Notes: a model not told the origin generated them from the letters alone. 64,000 nt of DNA from Eledone cirrhosa (GCA_964016885.1 OZ024748.1:16182001-16246000); one strand, 5' to 3'; positions 12,571 to 25,752 are shown, counted from the first letter of the stretch. Program-made: numbers and translations.

Positions 12571-12734
12571 TCTTCCACAATTTGGAGGTTCAAAATTATT
12601 CTGAGAATAAATAATGAAAATATAGTCACTGTTTTTATGAAGACAAGAGTGACAACGGAAGTAAAAAAAAATTGCATAAAATTAGCAGTTGAAAATTGCG
12701 AACAAATATCGTCCACACCCTGTATATACATGTT

Positions 12735-13027
12735 GAGAGAGAAACTGTGTATAAGAGGGATAAACTATAGTGTGTAGTAGAGAAGACTGCGTTGGTATGT
12801 ACATGTGATGCGCCGCATGGAGAATGACTGCTGAGTAAAGAAGTGCCAAGAAATCCCAGTGGAAGGGAGATGCAGTAGAGGAAGACCACGAAAATCATGG
12901 GTCGCTGAAGCTCACAGAGGAGATGATGAAGGACCGTGACGAATGGAAAGATGCTGTGCTGAATAGGATCCGTCCCAGCCATGCAAGCAGAGCAAATTGG
13001 ACGTAAAATGATGATGATGATGATGAT
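12735..13027 (+). mobile_element. Degenerate RTE LINE 3' end
   Basis: RLRWYVHVMR-like coding remnant, GRPRK-like motif, and a (GAT)n tail. Confidence 0.75.
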
Positions 13028-13223
13028 ATGTATATATCTAATGGAAGTTAAATATGGATTATAATAATATATATGTGTGTGTGTGAGTGTATATATATAT
13101 CTTCTGATAACAGGTATGGAGAAGGACTTGTTATTACAAAGTCGGTGGATGGTCTGCCAGAACACTTTATTAGTCCTCAACAAAAGGGTCAGATAGGTTG
13201 TTAGAGATTAAGTCAGTACTTAA

Positions 13224-13444
13224 CCCTTTAGCATTTACATTACTTTACATATACTATTGTATTTTCATGTTAAAGGCTTTATCTCACATGATTGTCTCAC
13301 ATATTATTGAATCTATGAGATTTTGATGTTATTTATTTTGAGAATAATACCGGAACATTAATATGAGTGGCTGGTGACAGCCGGTTTGAACAGAAATAGA
13401 TGAGAGAATTCTAGCCAGATACGGCCAGTTTAAATGTTAAAGGG
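13224..13444. mobile_element. TTAA-flanked MITE (piggyBac-like termini), copy 1
   Basis: TTAA-CCCTTTAGCATTTA ... TAAATGTTAAAGGG-TTAA. Confidence 0.85.
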
Positions 13445-13614
13445 TTAATCAGAACTACTGACCAAACAGATGGACAAGTGTCTGCATCTTACATATATTT
13501 CTACACTTTATACAATTTATGAAATATTGATTATGCTGATGATGATGATATATTTATATACATATATGGTGAAAGAATGATGAATAACATGGTTGGGTGT
13601 ACAACAAGGAGCTT

Positions 13615-13646
<32 letters not shown>

Positions 13647-13791
13647 TTCTAAATATATATCTCTATCCTCTTCATAATATATATTATATATCATAATATA
13701 TGTATTATCATGTGGAGGAAGTACACACAAACACACACATACATTCATATATACATACATACATACATACATACATACATACATACATACA

Positions 13792-13852
<61 letters not shown>

Positions 13853-14076
13853 TTCAAGATTTCCTTTTAATTGGCATCATTTTCAAAATTAAATTTCCAA
13901 TTTCTGTGGTGGTGATGAGACACAACAGATGCAAATGTTTAAAAATTATCAAGGATAAAAAATAAAGAATTTATAGCCATAATATTATACAAAAAGTTTT
14001 TAGTCTTAAGTTATATATGTGTTTGTGTGTGTGTATGTGTATATATATATACATACATACATATATATATATATAC

Positions 14077-14134
<58 letters not shown>

Positions 14135-14661
14135 TATATATATATAATCTTTTTATTTTTATCAATTATATTTTCTGCATTGTTTTACGACTTTTTACAT
14201 TATATTTTTTTTTTTGTCCTTAAATTAAATTCATCAAAAATTTGATTACATTCTTCGTTCAAGGACGTGTTTATTAGTTTTTTTTCCTCGTTCTGTTTCT
14301 TATTTATTTTCTGAATTATTTTAATTTTTATTTTACATAAAACTTTTATATTATATAAAAATCTCTTCTTCAAAAAAAAAAAAGAAAAAAAAATTTCCTT
14401 TTTTCAATTTTAAACTTGAAGAAAAGAATTTCTATACATTCCTCATATGGTCTGTTCTATATGTATTTGTTGTCTCAATAAGAAAATTAGATGTTTTAAT
14501 AAAAAAAAATTTGAACTTCTTGTTTTATAAAAAGGCAGATGTCCAAATCAGTATGTTATTTCAACGCTTTATTGACAAATTATTTTTTCTTAATTTCATT
14601 TAGTAAAACTTAATTGAATTTCATTTCCCAACCAAACTTCTAAAATGTTATTATTTATATA

Positions 14662-14702
<41 letters not shown>

Positions 14703-15231
14703 TATATGTGTATATACAGGGTGTTGCCAGAAGATGTATACACACTCCAACAGCATTCTAATAAATATTGCCTGTACAGATAATAAAAGTATGTATACAT
14801 ATGCATATATATATATAAATATATATGTTAATATATAAATAAATAAATATATATATAGATATATATATATATATAGATATATATATATATATATATATAA
14901 TCAGGTGTATATAAATCTACACCTATACACCTTAATAGGCTATAAAACTTCATAATTCACATACATTTCGAACAACTTTTGTTACACATATATTTAAAAT
15001 TTATTTTATTTTAGAAAATGTTTTTTTCTTTTTGGACAGCTGCTACTCCACAACATTTAAATTCACTTAAAGTTTAAAAGGAAAAAAATATAAATACAAC
15101 AACAAAAGCAACAAACATACCAACAACAACAACAAACATCAATAGCAACAATTATAACAACAACAACACACATAACAACAACAAACATATCATCAAGTGT
15201 GACAACAAATATAACACCACCACATATAATA

Positions 15232-16070
15232 ATTGTTTCTACGTTAGGCACAAGGCCAGCAATAACCCAGTGTATTACTGGTACTTTATTTTATCAACCC
15301 CGTAAGGATGAAAGGCAAAGTTAACCTCGGCGGGATTTGAACTCAGAATATAACATATAATAACAATAAGCATAACAACAACAACAACAACAAACATCAA
15401 TAGCAACAATTATAACAACAACAACACACATAACAACAACAAACATATCATCAAGTGTGACAACAAATATAACACCACCACATATAATAATAATAAGCAT
15501 AACAACAACAAAGCATGACATTTATACTGCAAAGCATCGCATCTGACGATAACAAGGCCAACAATTTTGGGGGAGTGAGGGAGTCGATTACATCGACCCC
15601 AGTACATTACTGGTTCTATATTTTATCAACCCTGTATGGATGAAAGGCAAATTGAACCTTTACGGAATTTGAACTCAGAACGTAAAGAGCCATAACTCTA
15701 TGCTATAAAACATGTTGTTCGACCTTCTACCTATACTAACAATCCAGCACCCTTACTAATAATAATTGTTTCTACTTTTGGCACAAGGCGAGCAATTACC
15801 CAGTACATTACTGGTACTTTATTTATATCCTTATACCCTTACTAATAATAATAATAATAATAATATAGGAACAAAGCCAGCAATTTTGGGAGAGGGGAAA
15901 GTCGATTAAATCGACCCCAGTTAGTGACTGGTACTTTATTTTATCAGCACCGTTAGGATGAAAGGCAAAGCTAACCTCGGCACGATTCGAACTCAGATCA
16001 TAAAAGGCCATAACTCTATGCCGCAAAACATGTTATCCGACGCTCTACTGATTCTGCCAATCAACCACCA
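15232..16070 (-). mobile_element. Cluster of tRNA-derived SINE copies
   Basis: Four partial or full copies of the same consensus. Confidence 0.85.
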
Positions 16071-16607
16071 TTTTTATAGAATAAATAATACCTGTCTTTG
16101 TTATTATTATTGATGTTGTAGTTGTTGTCAAATTAGATATGAAAGCAATATATAATTAATAAAAATATTAATAAATAATCAGATAAATAAATTGATTAGT
16201 ACATAATGCAAATTAAATATGATAAATTAAAATTTTAATTTTGAAGTATAGACATTTTTGCCAAGTCTAGAATTCTCATTGCCAAAAATGGTTTCTCATA
16301 TTTGAGTGCATGTAAACATCTCTCTCTCTCTCTCTCTCTCTGTATATATATATATTATATTTATCTCTCTTTATATATATATATAAAGTGTCTTGCTCAA
16401 GGACATAACGCATCGCCTGGTCCAGGAATCAAACACGGGCGATGCGTTATGTCCTTGAGCAAGACACTTTATTTCACATTGTTCCTTCTACCTGGAGTTG
16501 CGACCGATAGATAGTATTAGCAATTGGAAAGACCAACGGAAACGTTGTTTCCTTGGTCCGATTTGACAAAAGTCGATCGTTCCTTTTTTTATATATACAT
16601 GTATATA

Positions 16608-17204
16608 TCTATATATATAAAGTTGTAGTTCCTGTCTGTTTGTTTGTTTGTTTGTTTGTTTGTTTACGAACTCCTCCTATGGTTTTGGAGATAGACCCCC
16701 ATAACTATATATATTCTGAAACTACATTGCCAAGGATAAGTATATTTCATTTTAATCAAGGGTTCCTCGGAGGCACAAACCCCCACTGAAAACTTTTTCC
16801 CTTCGATCTATATGAAATTTAAACCATATGTAAATGATAAGATATGATGCCTATTCACAAAATTTCAGCAAATTTCAATAATATTAAGACACCCTAATGA
16901 GGGTTAAACCCCCTATAGTGAACATTTTAGAAGCCCATAACTTGAGTATTGGAACTTCTATTATCACGGGGTTTTTCTATTAATTAAACGTAAATCAACA
17001 AAAAAATTCCCTCACTTTTATAGTAAAATTTGGCTAATTTAGACATTTTATCTGTGGCAAAACATCATGAGAATTATGACAACAATTATTAGTTAATGCC
17101 TCTACTTTTTTAACATTTTAACTTTATTTTTTCTCCATAAATTATATCACTGATTTAAATTCAATCTTCATTTTCTTACAAAAAAAATGTGTGAAATCAG
17201 CATG
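16608..17204 (+). mobile_element. Non-autonomous Helitron-like element
   Basis: 5' tctatatatataaagttgtag...(GTTT)n and 3' GC-rich gcatggcgcgggtaattcggatag (degenerate CTAG end), inserted in TA. Confidence 0.55.
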
Positions 17205-17222
17205 GCGCGGGTAATTCGGATA

Positions 17223-17297
<75 letters not shown>

Positions 17298-17458
17298 TAT
17301 ACCATTGAGAAGCACAAATATAATACATAATTGATACCTTAAATTTGTATATGTATATATATATATATGTGTGTGTGTGTGCCAAAAGTAAACAGAAATA
17401 ACAAAGAAAACAACTCAGTACAATGAAGAAATATATTAGTTTAACGCTTAGGAAAAGA

Positions 17459-17496
17459 GTCTTAATATTTCGGTCATTAGTTCTTCAGCAGAAGAC
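17459..17496 (-). ncRNA. Decayed hammerhead-like motif
   Basis: Reverse complement reads GUCUU CUGCUGA AGAACUAAUGACC GAAA UA UU AAGAC. Stem I GUCUU/AAGAC is intact and the core is mutated. Confidence 0.45.
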
Positions 17497-17675
17497 AGAA
17501 CGAAAAATAAAAGATGAATTAGAAAGATAGAGAGTCAGAAGAAGGAACAATATATATATATATATGTGTTTGTATATATGTGTACATATATAAATGCAAA
17601 CATACATACATACTTGATAGGCTTCTGCAGTTTTTGTCTACCAAATTCCACTCATAAAATATTGGTCAACCTATA

Positions 17676-18050
17676 GACATTTTTTCCCGCTCAGAGTTGC
17701 TGAAGCATGGAACAAACTGCCTGCGTCAGTTGTTAGCTGCCGAGACACTGTATCCTTTAAACACTCATGCTTCCCGAAATATGCCAAAACTACACCTTCC
17801 ATACACATGCACACGTGTGTATCATGACTTGTGCACTGTTCATTTTACTGATGTTTGTGCATTGCCCTATGTACTGTACATGCACTTTTTTGATGAGTTG
17901 TGGTGCACGTGGGCACTGTACACAATATTTCATTATTGTTATTATATCATGACTCATACACTGTTCATTTTCCTGACATTTGTACATTATTCTATGTACT
18001 ATACATGCACCTTTGATGAGTTGTAGTGCACCTGAGCACTGTACACAATA
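17676..18050 (+). mobile_element. CR1/Jockey-like LINE 3' fragment
   Basis: Frame reading FF-x-LRVAEAWNKLPASVVS, typical of the ORF2 C-terminus, followed by a 3' UTR and (TTA)n. Confidence 0.6.
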
Positions 18051-18053
18051 ATT

Positions 18054-18088
<35 letters not shown>

Positions 18089-19219
18089 GTAGAAGACACT
18101 TGCCCAAGGAGTTACACAATGGGACTGAACTTTGAATCACTGCTATGCTTGCTTATAACACAGCCTTTAGTTTGTGTGGTTACAATGGTGCAGGTTCTCT
18201 CTGAGACTTTATTATCAAAGGAATTGATCCACAAGATTCAAGATCTCATTCACTTACCAAGTGAGGTGGAGCTTGTCAAACTGAACTAAGGAAACAATGT
18301 TTCCATTGATCTTTCCATTGCTGATGTTATCTACCTGTTGCAACTCCTGGTGGTAAGAAACTCTCTGGAGAGCTGGACAGCAAAAGAACCCACCCTCGTC
18401 AAGTGACTGTTTCGGCTCTTAATTTAAGACTGAGCAACATGAAATAAAGTGTTTTGCTCAAGGACATAATCCATCACCCAGTCTAGAAATTGAACTTGCA
18501 ATCTCATAATTACGAATCAAATTCTCTAAACATTAAACTATATACGTGCCTTCACTTGTTATAAAAACTTGATCCAATTGCCGTCTCTATCTAGATTTAG
18601 TCAGGCAATACTCAGTCAAACAAGACAGATACACTCACATTTCTCCAGCTCAAATAACCAGGAATACATGACAGACAATTTATTTTCAGGAGGGAGGGTT
18701 GTAATCAGTAAGCTTGATATTTCCATATGGTCCTTAGACATAATCCAGTCTTTGTTTACAGCAATCATAACACTGTAGAAGCTTTTTGATGTATTGCTGT
18801 TCTCTAACTAAATGTGCAACCTCCCCCCACCCAGTACCCACCTACCACACATCAACCAACCACAACCCATTGCAGTTACCTATCAAATTTCTCTTTCAAT
18901 ATCCGAGTGTCAGACGTCTTTAGAATCTAATACATTTATGATTCCATAATTCCTTATATATATATATATATAAATAATAATAATAATAATAACAATAAAA
19001 TAATAATATATGTGTGTGTTAAACGATGATGATGATGAGGATTATATATATATATGTTTCTGTATGCGCGTGTGAATATCTACATAAGGGAGTTTATGTA
19101 TGTCTTATATATATATATAAAGCGATGAAATACCAATGAAGGTTGGAAAATCACTGATGAAGGACTATTTTTATCATATGTAACCCATGTGCAACCACGC
19201 AGTATTAATTCTTCTCATG

Positions 19220-19259
<40 letters not shown>

Positions 19260-19581
19260 CAAAGGAATTGTGGTAAGGAACCAGATGGACCATAACACAC
19301 CAGAGTACTCAATACTTAGTATATATATATACTAATATATGCAAATGTCAAATACTGTTGCTGATGATGGTATTGAAGTATAAGTGTGCATATGTAACCT
19401 ATATATATACATATATAGTAATAATAATAAATTTGAAGACTAAAATCCAAAGAGGGCTCGATAAGGATAAATATATATCAAATATATAGAGCAAATATTT
19501 ATTAAAATAACAGATTAAACTTTAAGCAAAGAATCGCTGCTTTCACCCTTAACGGGAACTTCTGAAACTATATATACATAT

Positions 19582-19865
19582 CATCATCATTTTACGTCCG
19601 CTTTTCTCTGCTTGCAAGGGTGGGGCGGGTCTTATTCAGCACCGCATCTCTCCACTTGTCACGGTCCTTCATCATCTCCACCATAGCTTCAGCAATCTGA
19701 AGTCTATTCTCACCACCTCTGCCCATGTTTTTCATGGTCTACCTCTACCATGTCTTCCTTCAACTGGCATTTCCTGGCACTTCTTCACCCATCGGTCATC
19801 CTCCATGCGCTTCACATGTCCATGCCACCGCAGTCTCCTCTCTCGCACACTACATTCTATCCCTC
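19582..19865 (-). mobile_element. RTE LINE 3' end
   Basis: Reverse of the RLRWHGHV..GRPxKTW region with a (CAT)n tail. Confidence 0.8.
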
Positions 19866-19876
19866 ACATATATACA

Positions 19877-19912
<36 letters not shown>

Positions 19913-19920
19913 TACACATT

Positions 19921-19955
<35 letters not shown>

Positions 19956-20149
19956 TTGCATATATATATATATATACCATATATAAGGACATTTGATGGC
20001 AGGATTATTAAAGCATCAGACAAAGTACCTTGTGGTATTTACTTTTCTTTAGATTCTGAGTTAAAATCCTAGTGGAGATTACTTTGGCTCCACTTTATTT
20101 TTAACCTTTTTTTAATGATTTTGTCTGGAGAAAGAAAATTGATAAAATA

Positions 20150-20742
20150 AGGTATAAAAAAGTGCAGGGTGATCAAAATTGATGGTAGTTATGGAGTAGG
20201 TAGACCCAGAAAAACCTGGGACGATCTGATAAATTCCGACCTTACACACGTGCACCTCTCTAAGACAATGTCACTGGACCGAGATCTTTGGTGCTACGCG
20301 GTAATACAGAAGACCTGCCTTGCCTATGTACAAAGCAAAACCTACAGCCAGTAGGCACCTCTTAACCAAATATACTCCCCAATCCACTACCCCTACCCTA
20401 TCCTCCCACTCCCACCAACACCACCCCCTCTCTATAAAGTTGGTACCACAACATCCAGTCCAAATAAATAAGACAAATGAGATCGAGATCGTGTAGGTGT
20501 CACGAGAAAAAAAACACACAGTCCACACTGTAATGTGGCCATGTAGGTAACACGGTAAAAAGTTCCCATTTCCACACTGTAAATGTGGTTGCTGTTAGGA
20601 AGGGCATCCAGCCATAGAAAACCTGCCAGATAGTCCTATATGAGCGAGACACGGTCACCCGACCAACCTTGCCTCAAGTGGGACAACTCCCGTCTAACCC
20701 ATGCTAGCGTGGAAAGTTTACGTTAAACGAGGATGATGATGA
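20150..20742 (+). mobile_element. RTE LINE 3' end with UTR
   Basis: GVGRPRKTWDDLINSDL...DRDLW, then ttaggaagggcatccagc...ccatgctagcgtggaa...gatgatgat. Confidence 0.85.
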
Positions 20743-20807
20743 AGGTACCAAACATAGTCTGGGGTCAATAAATTCAATTGCTCTCCCCCACAGAACTTGT
20801 GGCTTTG

Positions 20808-21020
20808 TGTTAAAGATCTTTAAAATGTAATGTGTTAAGAACCTTAAAATGTCTTGTCTTAGAGATCCTTAAAATGTAATCTTTTAGAGACCTTTAAAAT
20901 GCCATGCTTGAGAGATCCTTAAAATATGTCTCGTCTTAGAAATCTTTAAAATATAATGTGTTAGGAAGCCTTAAAGTACATTGTCTTAGAGATTCTTAAA
21001 ATGTAATGATTGATCTTAGA
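20808..21020. repeat. Degenerate minisatellite of about 25 bp (gagatccttaaaatgtaatgtctta)
   Basis: About 8 recurrences of (c/t)ttaaaat. Confidence 0.75.
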
Positions 21021-23415
21021 AAATAATCACTAAATCTAGGATAACAAATAAATGAAAGAATATCACATGATAATATTTGTTATCCTTTTGATACCACCCC
21101 AGTGAAAACCAATTCTGGCTCCTTGAAACGAAACCATATATTTTAACCATCTTGATACTAACATGACCCAAAACAGCTCTGGCTCTGTTTCTATCACTCC
21201 ACCATATTTCAAAGGATTTCTATTTGAATTGAAATCTTCCAATCAATTTTAAAATAAAATCATTTTGTTATGTTGTACTACAAATGAAATAATTAATAAT
21301 TTTATTAAACCCCTTGAAATTCTCCATTAATTAATTCAAATATGGCGTATTTCATTAGAAGTATTGTTAAAAAAGGATGAAATATGTTCTCCTATGTTCC
21401 ATAGAATTAATGAAGAATCAGTGCTGCCCTCTATTTTTCAAAGTTTATTACCAAAATCTGTTGTCTCCTCTTTTTGTTGTATTTATCATTATTTTTTATA
21501 AACATGCTTTACAGAATTTAGTTATGTTCCTTTATGTTCTGAGATCAAATCCCATTCAGGTTAGCTTTGCCTTTTATCTTTATAGAGTTAATAAAATAAA
21601 GTACCATTAATGCACTGGGGTTGGTTAAATTAACTTAATCCTCCCTCCACATTATTATCCTTGTGCTTAAATCAGAAAAGATTATTTCTGATAAGTATCA
21701 TCCATATAGTTTAACTCTGGTGACACAATCTGACTGAAACCACCCCTGAATTTATGACACAAACCTCTTTATTTTGATGCATTTTAGTAAAATTTTATAC
21801 TTGCTCTCAACATTATATCTAAGAAACTTCGGTTAAGCTATGTTCCAAATGCCAGATTCATGTAGTCTGAATCGACAAGATCCCAGACCTCATTTGCTTA
21901 TCAAGTGAAGTGGAACTCATCAGATCACAGCAAGGAAGCAATATTTCCATTGGTCTTTCCAATTGCTGATACTATCTACCAGTTGCATCTCCTGGCAGAA
22001 GGAGCAACATGAAATAAAGCCTCTTGTTCAAAGACACATTGCAGGACCTAATCCGAGATTCAAAGTCACATCCTCATGATTTTAATTCCAATTCCCTAAC
22101 TACTAAGTCACACATCTTGCCACACCAGATTAATAATAGTTTCTAATTTAAAGAAGGGGGAGAGTCGATTATGTTGATTTTGATAATTAAGAGTTACTTT
22201 ATTTCATTGATCCTGTGGTCGAACCACAAATTTGACCTCAGCAGTATTTTATCCTGGAAAGATGAAAAACAAAATTGACTGTGGCAGTATATGAACTCAA
22301 GATGTAAAAAAATAAAAATTAAACCCAGATCAAAACAAATATTGCAAAGCATTTATCTGATGCTGTAACAATTTTGTCAACGCTCTGTTGGGGATTTTAC
22401 TAACCATTCCACATTCCCGATTATTTAAAACAAAAATTAAATGATTAATTGAAACATATGGACAATGTAATTTTGTTAGGAATAAGGTCATGAAAGGGGT
22501 TAAACATTCATTTAGCTGTGATAATTCAAGCAAGTCTGCTCCAACAGCAACAACAGTCACTAAATATACCAGTAATTGTAAATCCCATAACATGTACAGC
22601 AGCATATGATATGAAACTCGTGTAGATACTTCACAGCTGAGACTTCAGAGCTGGCGCCAGTAAGGCTCAATCTCAATAAAATATCTATTAGCATGTTCAC
22701 TTAGTACCATTCTAAAGAGATTAATCATATCTTGCACAAATGATATGCTTCGTTTCCAAAATGTATTTATTAATGCCAGACACAACATAACTTGTCTGGA
22801 AGAATTGCTAGAAGTTATCATGCACAAACTAGAATTGGTTCTTCTCACAATGGTTATAGATGGAATATATCATTTGGTGCTACAAATAGTTTGCTATCTT
22901 AGAACACAATGCTGTGACATATTAATCAATGCCATAATTCCAAGAGGAAATAGTTGAAATTGTGTTTTTGTGTGTATATGTATGTGATTTTCTTTTTTCT
23001 TTTAGTGTGTTACTTGCTAAAAATGCAGCTGATAGTCTCCGCTAACTTCGTAGTCGAATATGGAAAAGGGGGAGGGGGTAGAACTCAGTATGGTAATACG
23101 ATTGGAAAGAAGAAACTACAGTATAAACATGGAAAAAAAGCTACAGAAACAGGATATAACAAGAATCACATGTGATGTATTAGATTCTGTGCATGTTGTT
23201 AGATTTTCTGTGCGTGTTGTCATATTGCTTCATGTGTGAATCTTTTCGTCTTTTATTTTTTTCAGTTATTGAACTGTGGCCATGCTGGGGCACCACTGTG
23301 ATTCAGTTGATCATATTGATATCAGTACATATTCCTCTCTAAATTTGTAATAAATTAAAGTAAAAACCAACAGGGTGCATGTGTTTTTATTGGCAGCATG
23401 ACCCTCCCAAAGTAT

Positions 23416-23483
<68 letters not shown>

Positions 23484-23577
23484 AGGGAGTGTAACGTGCA
23501 GTTACTGCAGGTTCACCCGGGTGAGCACTCGATGTTTAGGTTCACGTCTGTATCGAGGTGTATCATTACCACCAAAA

Positions 23578-23664
23578 AGGGTCCGATGAGTCGTTGATTA
23601 CAGAGTCCGGTTAGATCGATACAGATCGAACCTTGAGCTGATCGGTGGTGAAACGCACGTCACC
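23578..23664 (+). ncRNA. Hammerhead-like motif with long stem II in a TA-flanked element (about 23481-23720)
   Basis: GGU CCGAUGA (U4C) [GUCGUUGAUUA...UGAUCGGUGGU, 60 nt] GAAA CGCACG UC ACC. Confidence 0.6.
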
Positions 23665-24053
23665 AACCAATAAATGTAATGAAGGAGTAACCACTCGTCC
23701 TTGTTTTATTTTATTATATATTATATCACAGGGGAGATGACAAAGGACCGTGACAAGTGGAGAGATACTGTGCTGAATAGGACCCATGCCACCCTTGCAA
23801 GCAAGCAGGGAAAAGCGGAGGTAAAAAGATGATGATGATGATGATGATATATATATATATATATATAATATTAAAGATACTATTTATAGTTATGTATATA
23901 TTATACTATAAACAACTATAAACAGGGAAGGTCAGTAATTTATTACTACCTTATTACCAGTAAGATAAATAGCTCAATGTAAGAACATCAGTTGTTTTAC
24001 AGAGCAGTAATATTGAATTCACAAGAATCAAAGTTATGATTAAAACATTTATT

Positions 24054-24100
24054 CACTGACAATTGTTTCTTCCAAACCTAGGCTTGGAGTCTTCAGAGCA
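24054..24100 (-). ncRNA. Type-I hammerhead ribozyme motif with canonical GUC site
   Basis: Reverse complement reads UGCU CUGAAGA C-UCCAAGC-CUAG-GUUUGGA-A GAAA CAAUUG UC AGUG, with palindromic stem III. Confidence 0.75.
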
Positions 24101-24303
24101 TTTTTAATGTTTGTACATATAATTGACCTCCTACTCAACCGAAGAAACACACAGATACATATATATATATTGATGTTTCATGTTTAGAGTGTGGAATTGA
24201 TGTAAACATGAAAATGTTGTACACAACTTCAATATATATATATATGTATCTGTGTGTTTCTTCGGTTGAGTAGGAGGTCAATTATATGTACAAACATTAA
24301 AAA

Positions 24304-24350
24304 TGCTCCGAAGACTCCAAACCTAGGTTTGGAAGAAACAATTGTCAGTG
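24304..24350 (+). ncRNA. Hammerhead copy in the right arm (core mutated to CCGAAGA)
   Basis: tgct CCGAAGA ctccaaacctaggtttggaa GAAA caattg TC agtg. Confidence 0.6.
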
Positions 24351-24388
24351 AATAAATATTTTAATCATAACTTTGATTCTTGTGAATT

Positions 24389-24429
<41 letters not shown>

Positions 24430-24939
24430 TAATAAATATGAAGACTAAAACCTGAAGAGGGCTCGATAAGGATTATATATATAAAAAAAAATATATATAT
24501 ATAAAACCTGTAGAGCAAATATTTATTATTTGTACAGATTAAAGTTTAAGCAAAGAATCACTGCTTTTATCTTTTTATATAACTGTTAAGACTGATTTGT
24601 GTAATTACACCATCTTATTATGCACATTTCAGTGGCACCTGAGAGTTGGAGTTATATACCAGTAGGTGTGACATCATCAGATGGTAATAAAGATGTATTG
24701 AAGTCCTTAACACTTTTCCTCTATTAACTGCCACTCAAAAGGCATTGGTCAACCTGAGGCTACAGTAATAATCACTTGTCCATGGTGTCATACAGTGAGA
24801 TCACATTGGAACAACATGGTTGAGGAATGAACTTCTAAATCACATGGAAACATGGCTACATCAGCATTTGTTTCATTATTGAGAAGTGTGAGCCATAGTT
24901 AAGCACCTTTAAAAATTTCTGTTGATATGAAATGATTAA

Positions 24940-25282
24940 CCAGAGAGAGAGAATGAGAGTGAGAGAGAGAGAGAAAATGAGAATGAATGAGAGAGAGAGA
25001 GGGAGGGGGGAGGGAGAAAGAATAAAATTGTAGGAAGGAGAGGGAGAAAGAATGAGTGAGAGAGATAAAGAGAGAAAGAGAGAGAGGAAGAAAGAGATAG
25101 ATAGAGTGAGAGAGAGAGGAAGAAAGAGATAGATAGAGTGAGAGAGAGAAAGAGAGAGAGAGAGAGAAAATGTGAGAGACAGAGTTAGCTATCAGTTAAA
25201 TGTAGTGGTAGTAGTAGTAGTAGTAGTAGTCGTCGTAGTAGTAGTAGTAGTAGTATTAGTATTAGTAGTAGTAGTAGTAATA
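24940..25282. repeat. (GA)n-rich tract followed by (GTA)n
   Basis: Simple repeats. Confidence 0.95.
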
Positions 25283-25626
25283 GTTAAATCAAATTGGTTG
25301 GTCTGTTATTGAATTAGAATCTTACATTCTTCTTCTCCTTCCCTTTCCTCCTCTTCCTCACCCCTACCTCCCAAGTAATTCCCTTCACATCATTTGTATC
25401 AACCATTCAAATGAAATGTTCACTGTGTGCCTATGTGCAGTGAAGCCAGTTAAATCAGACATGAAGAAAAGCTGCCATACGGAAGGAAAAATGCAAACAT
25501 CACGTTTCCTTGCACCTTGCAATTTTCTCTCTCTCTGTCTGTCTGTCTGTCTGTCCTTCTGAAGAGAGACATTCCTCAGATTCCCCTCTCTCTATCTATC
25601 AATATATATATATATATATATATCAT

Positions 25627-25752
<126 letters not shown>

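Larger units (their letters stand above)
11081..12722 (-). mobile_element. Tc1/mariner superfamily DD37D (maT) transposon, TIR-bounded, with nested SINE insertions
   Basis: 27-bp TIRs CAGGGTG(CA/TG)GACGATATTTGTTCGCAA at 11081 and ending at 12722, flanked by TA on both sides. Confidence 0.92.
24013..24391. mobile_element. Fold-back inverted repeat (about 160-bp arms), Penelope-like pLTR remnant
   Basis: 24013-24173 pairs with 24228-24391, and it ends in (TA)n. Confidence 0.8.

Noticed and set aside
18690-18707. 18-nt plus-strand microexon (ttttcag|...CA|GTAAGC)
   Set aside because: The donor exonic context is weak and nothing supports it. Such matches are expected by chance in 64 kb.
19152-19185. 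CTGATGA hammerhead core (also at 9027 and 19361)
   Set aside because: No stem II or downstream GAAA/stem III.
22330-22957. Short ORFs in a unique-sequence block
   Set aside because: No protein motif or paired splice sites were identified. The block may be non-coding unique DNA.
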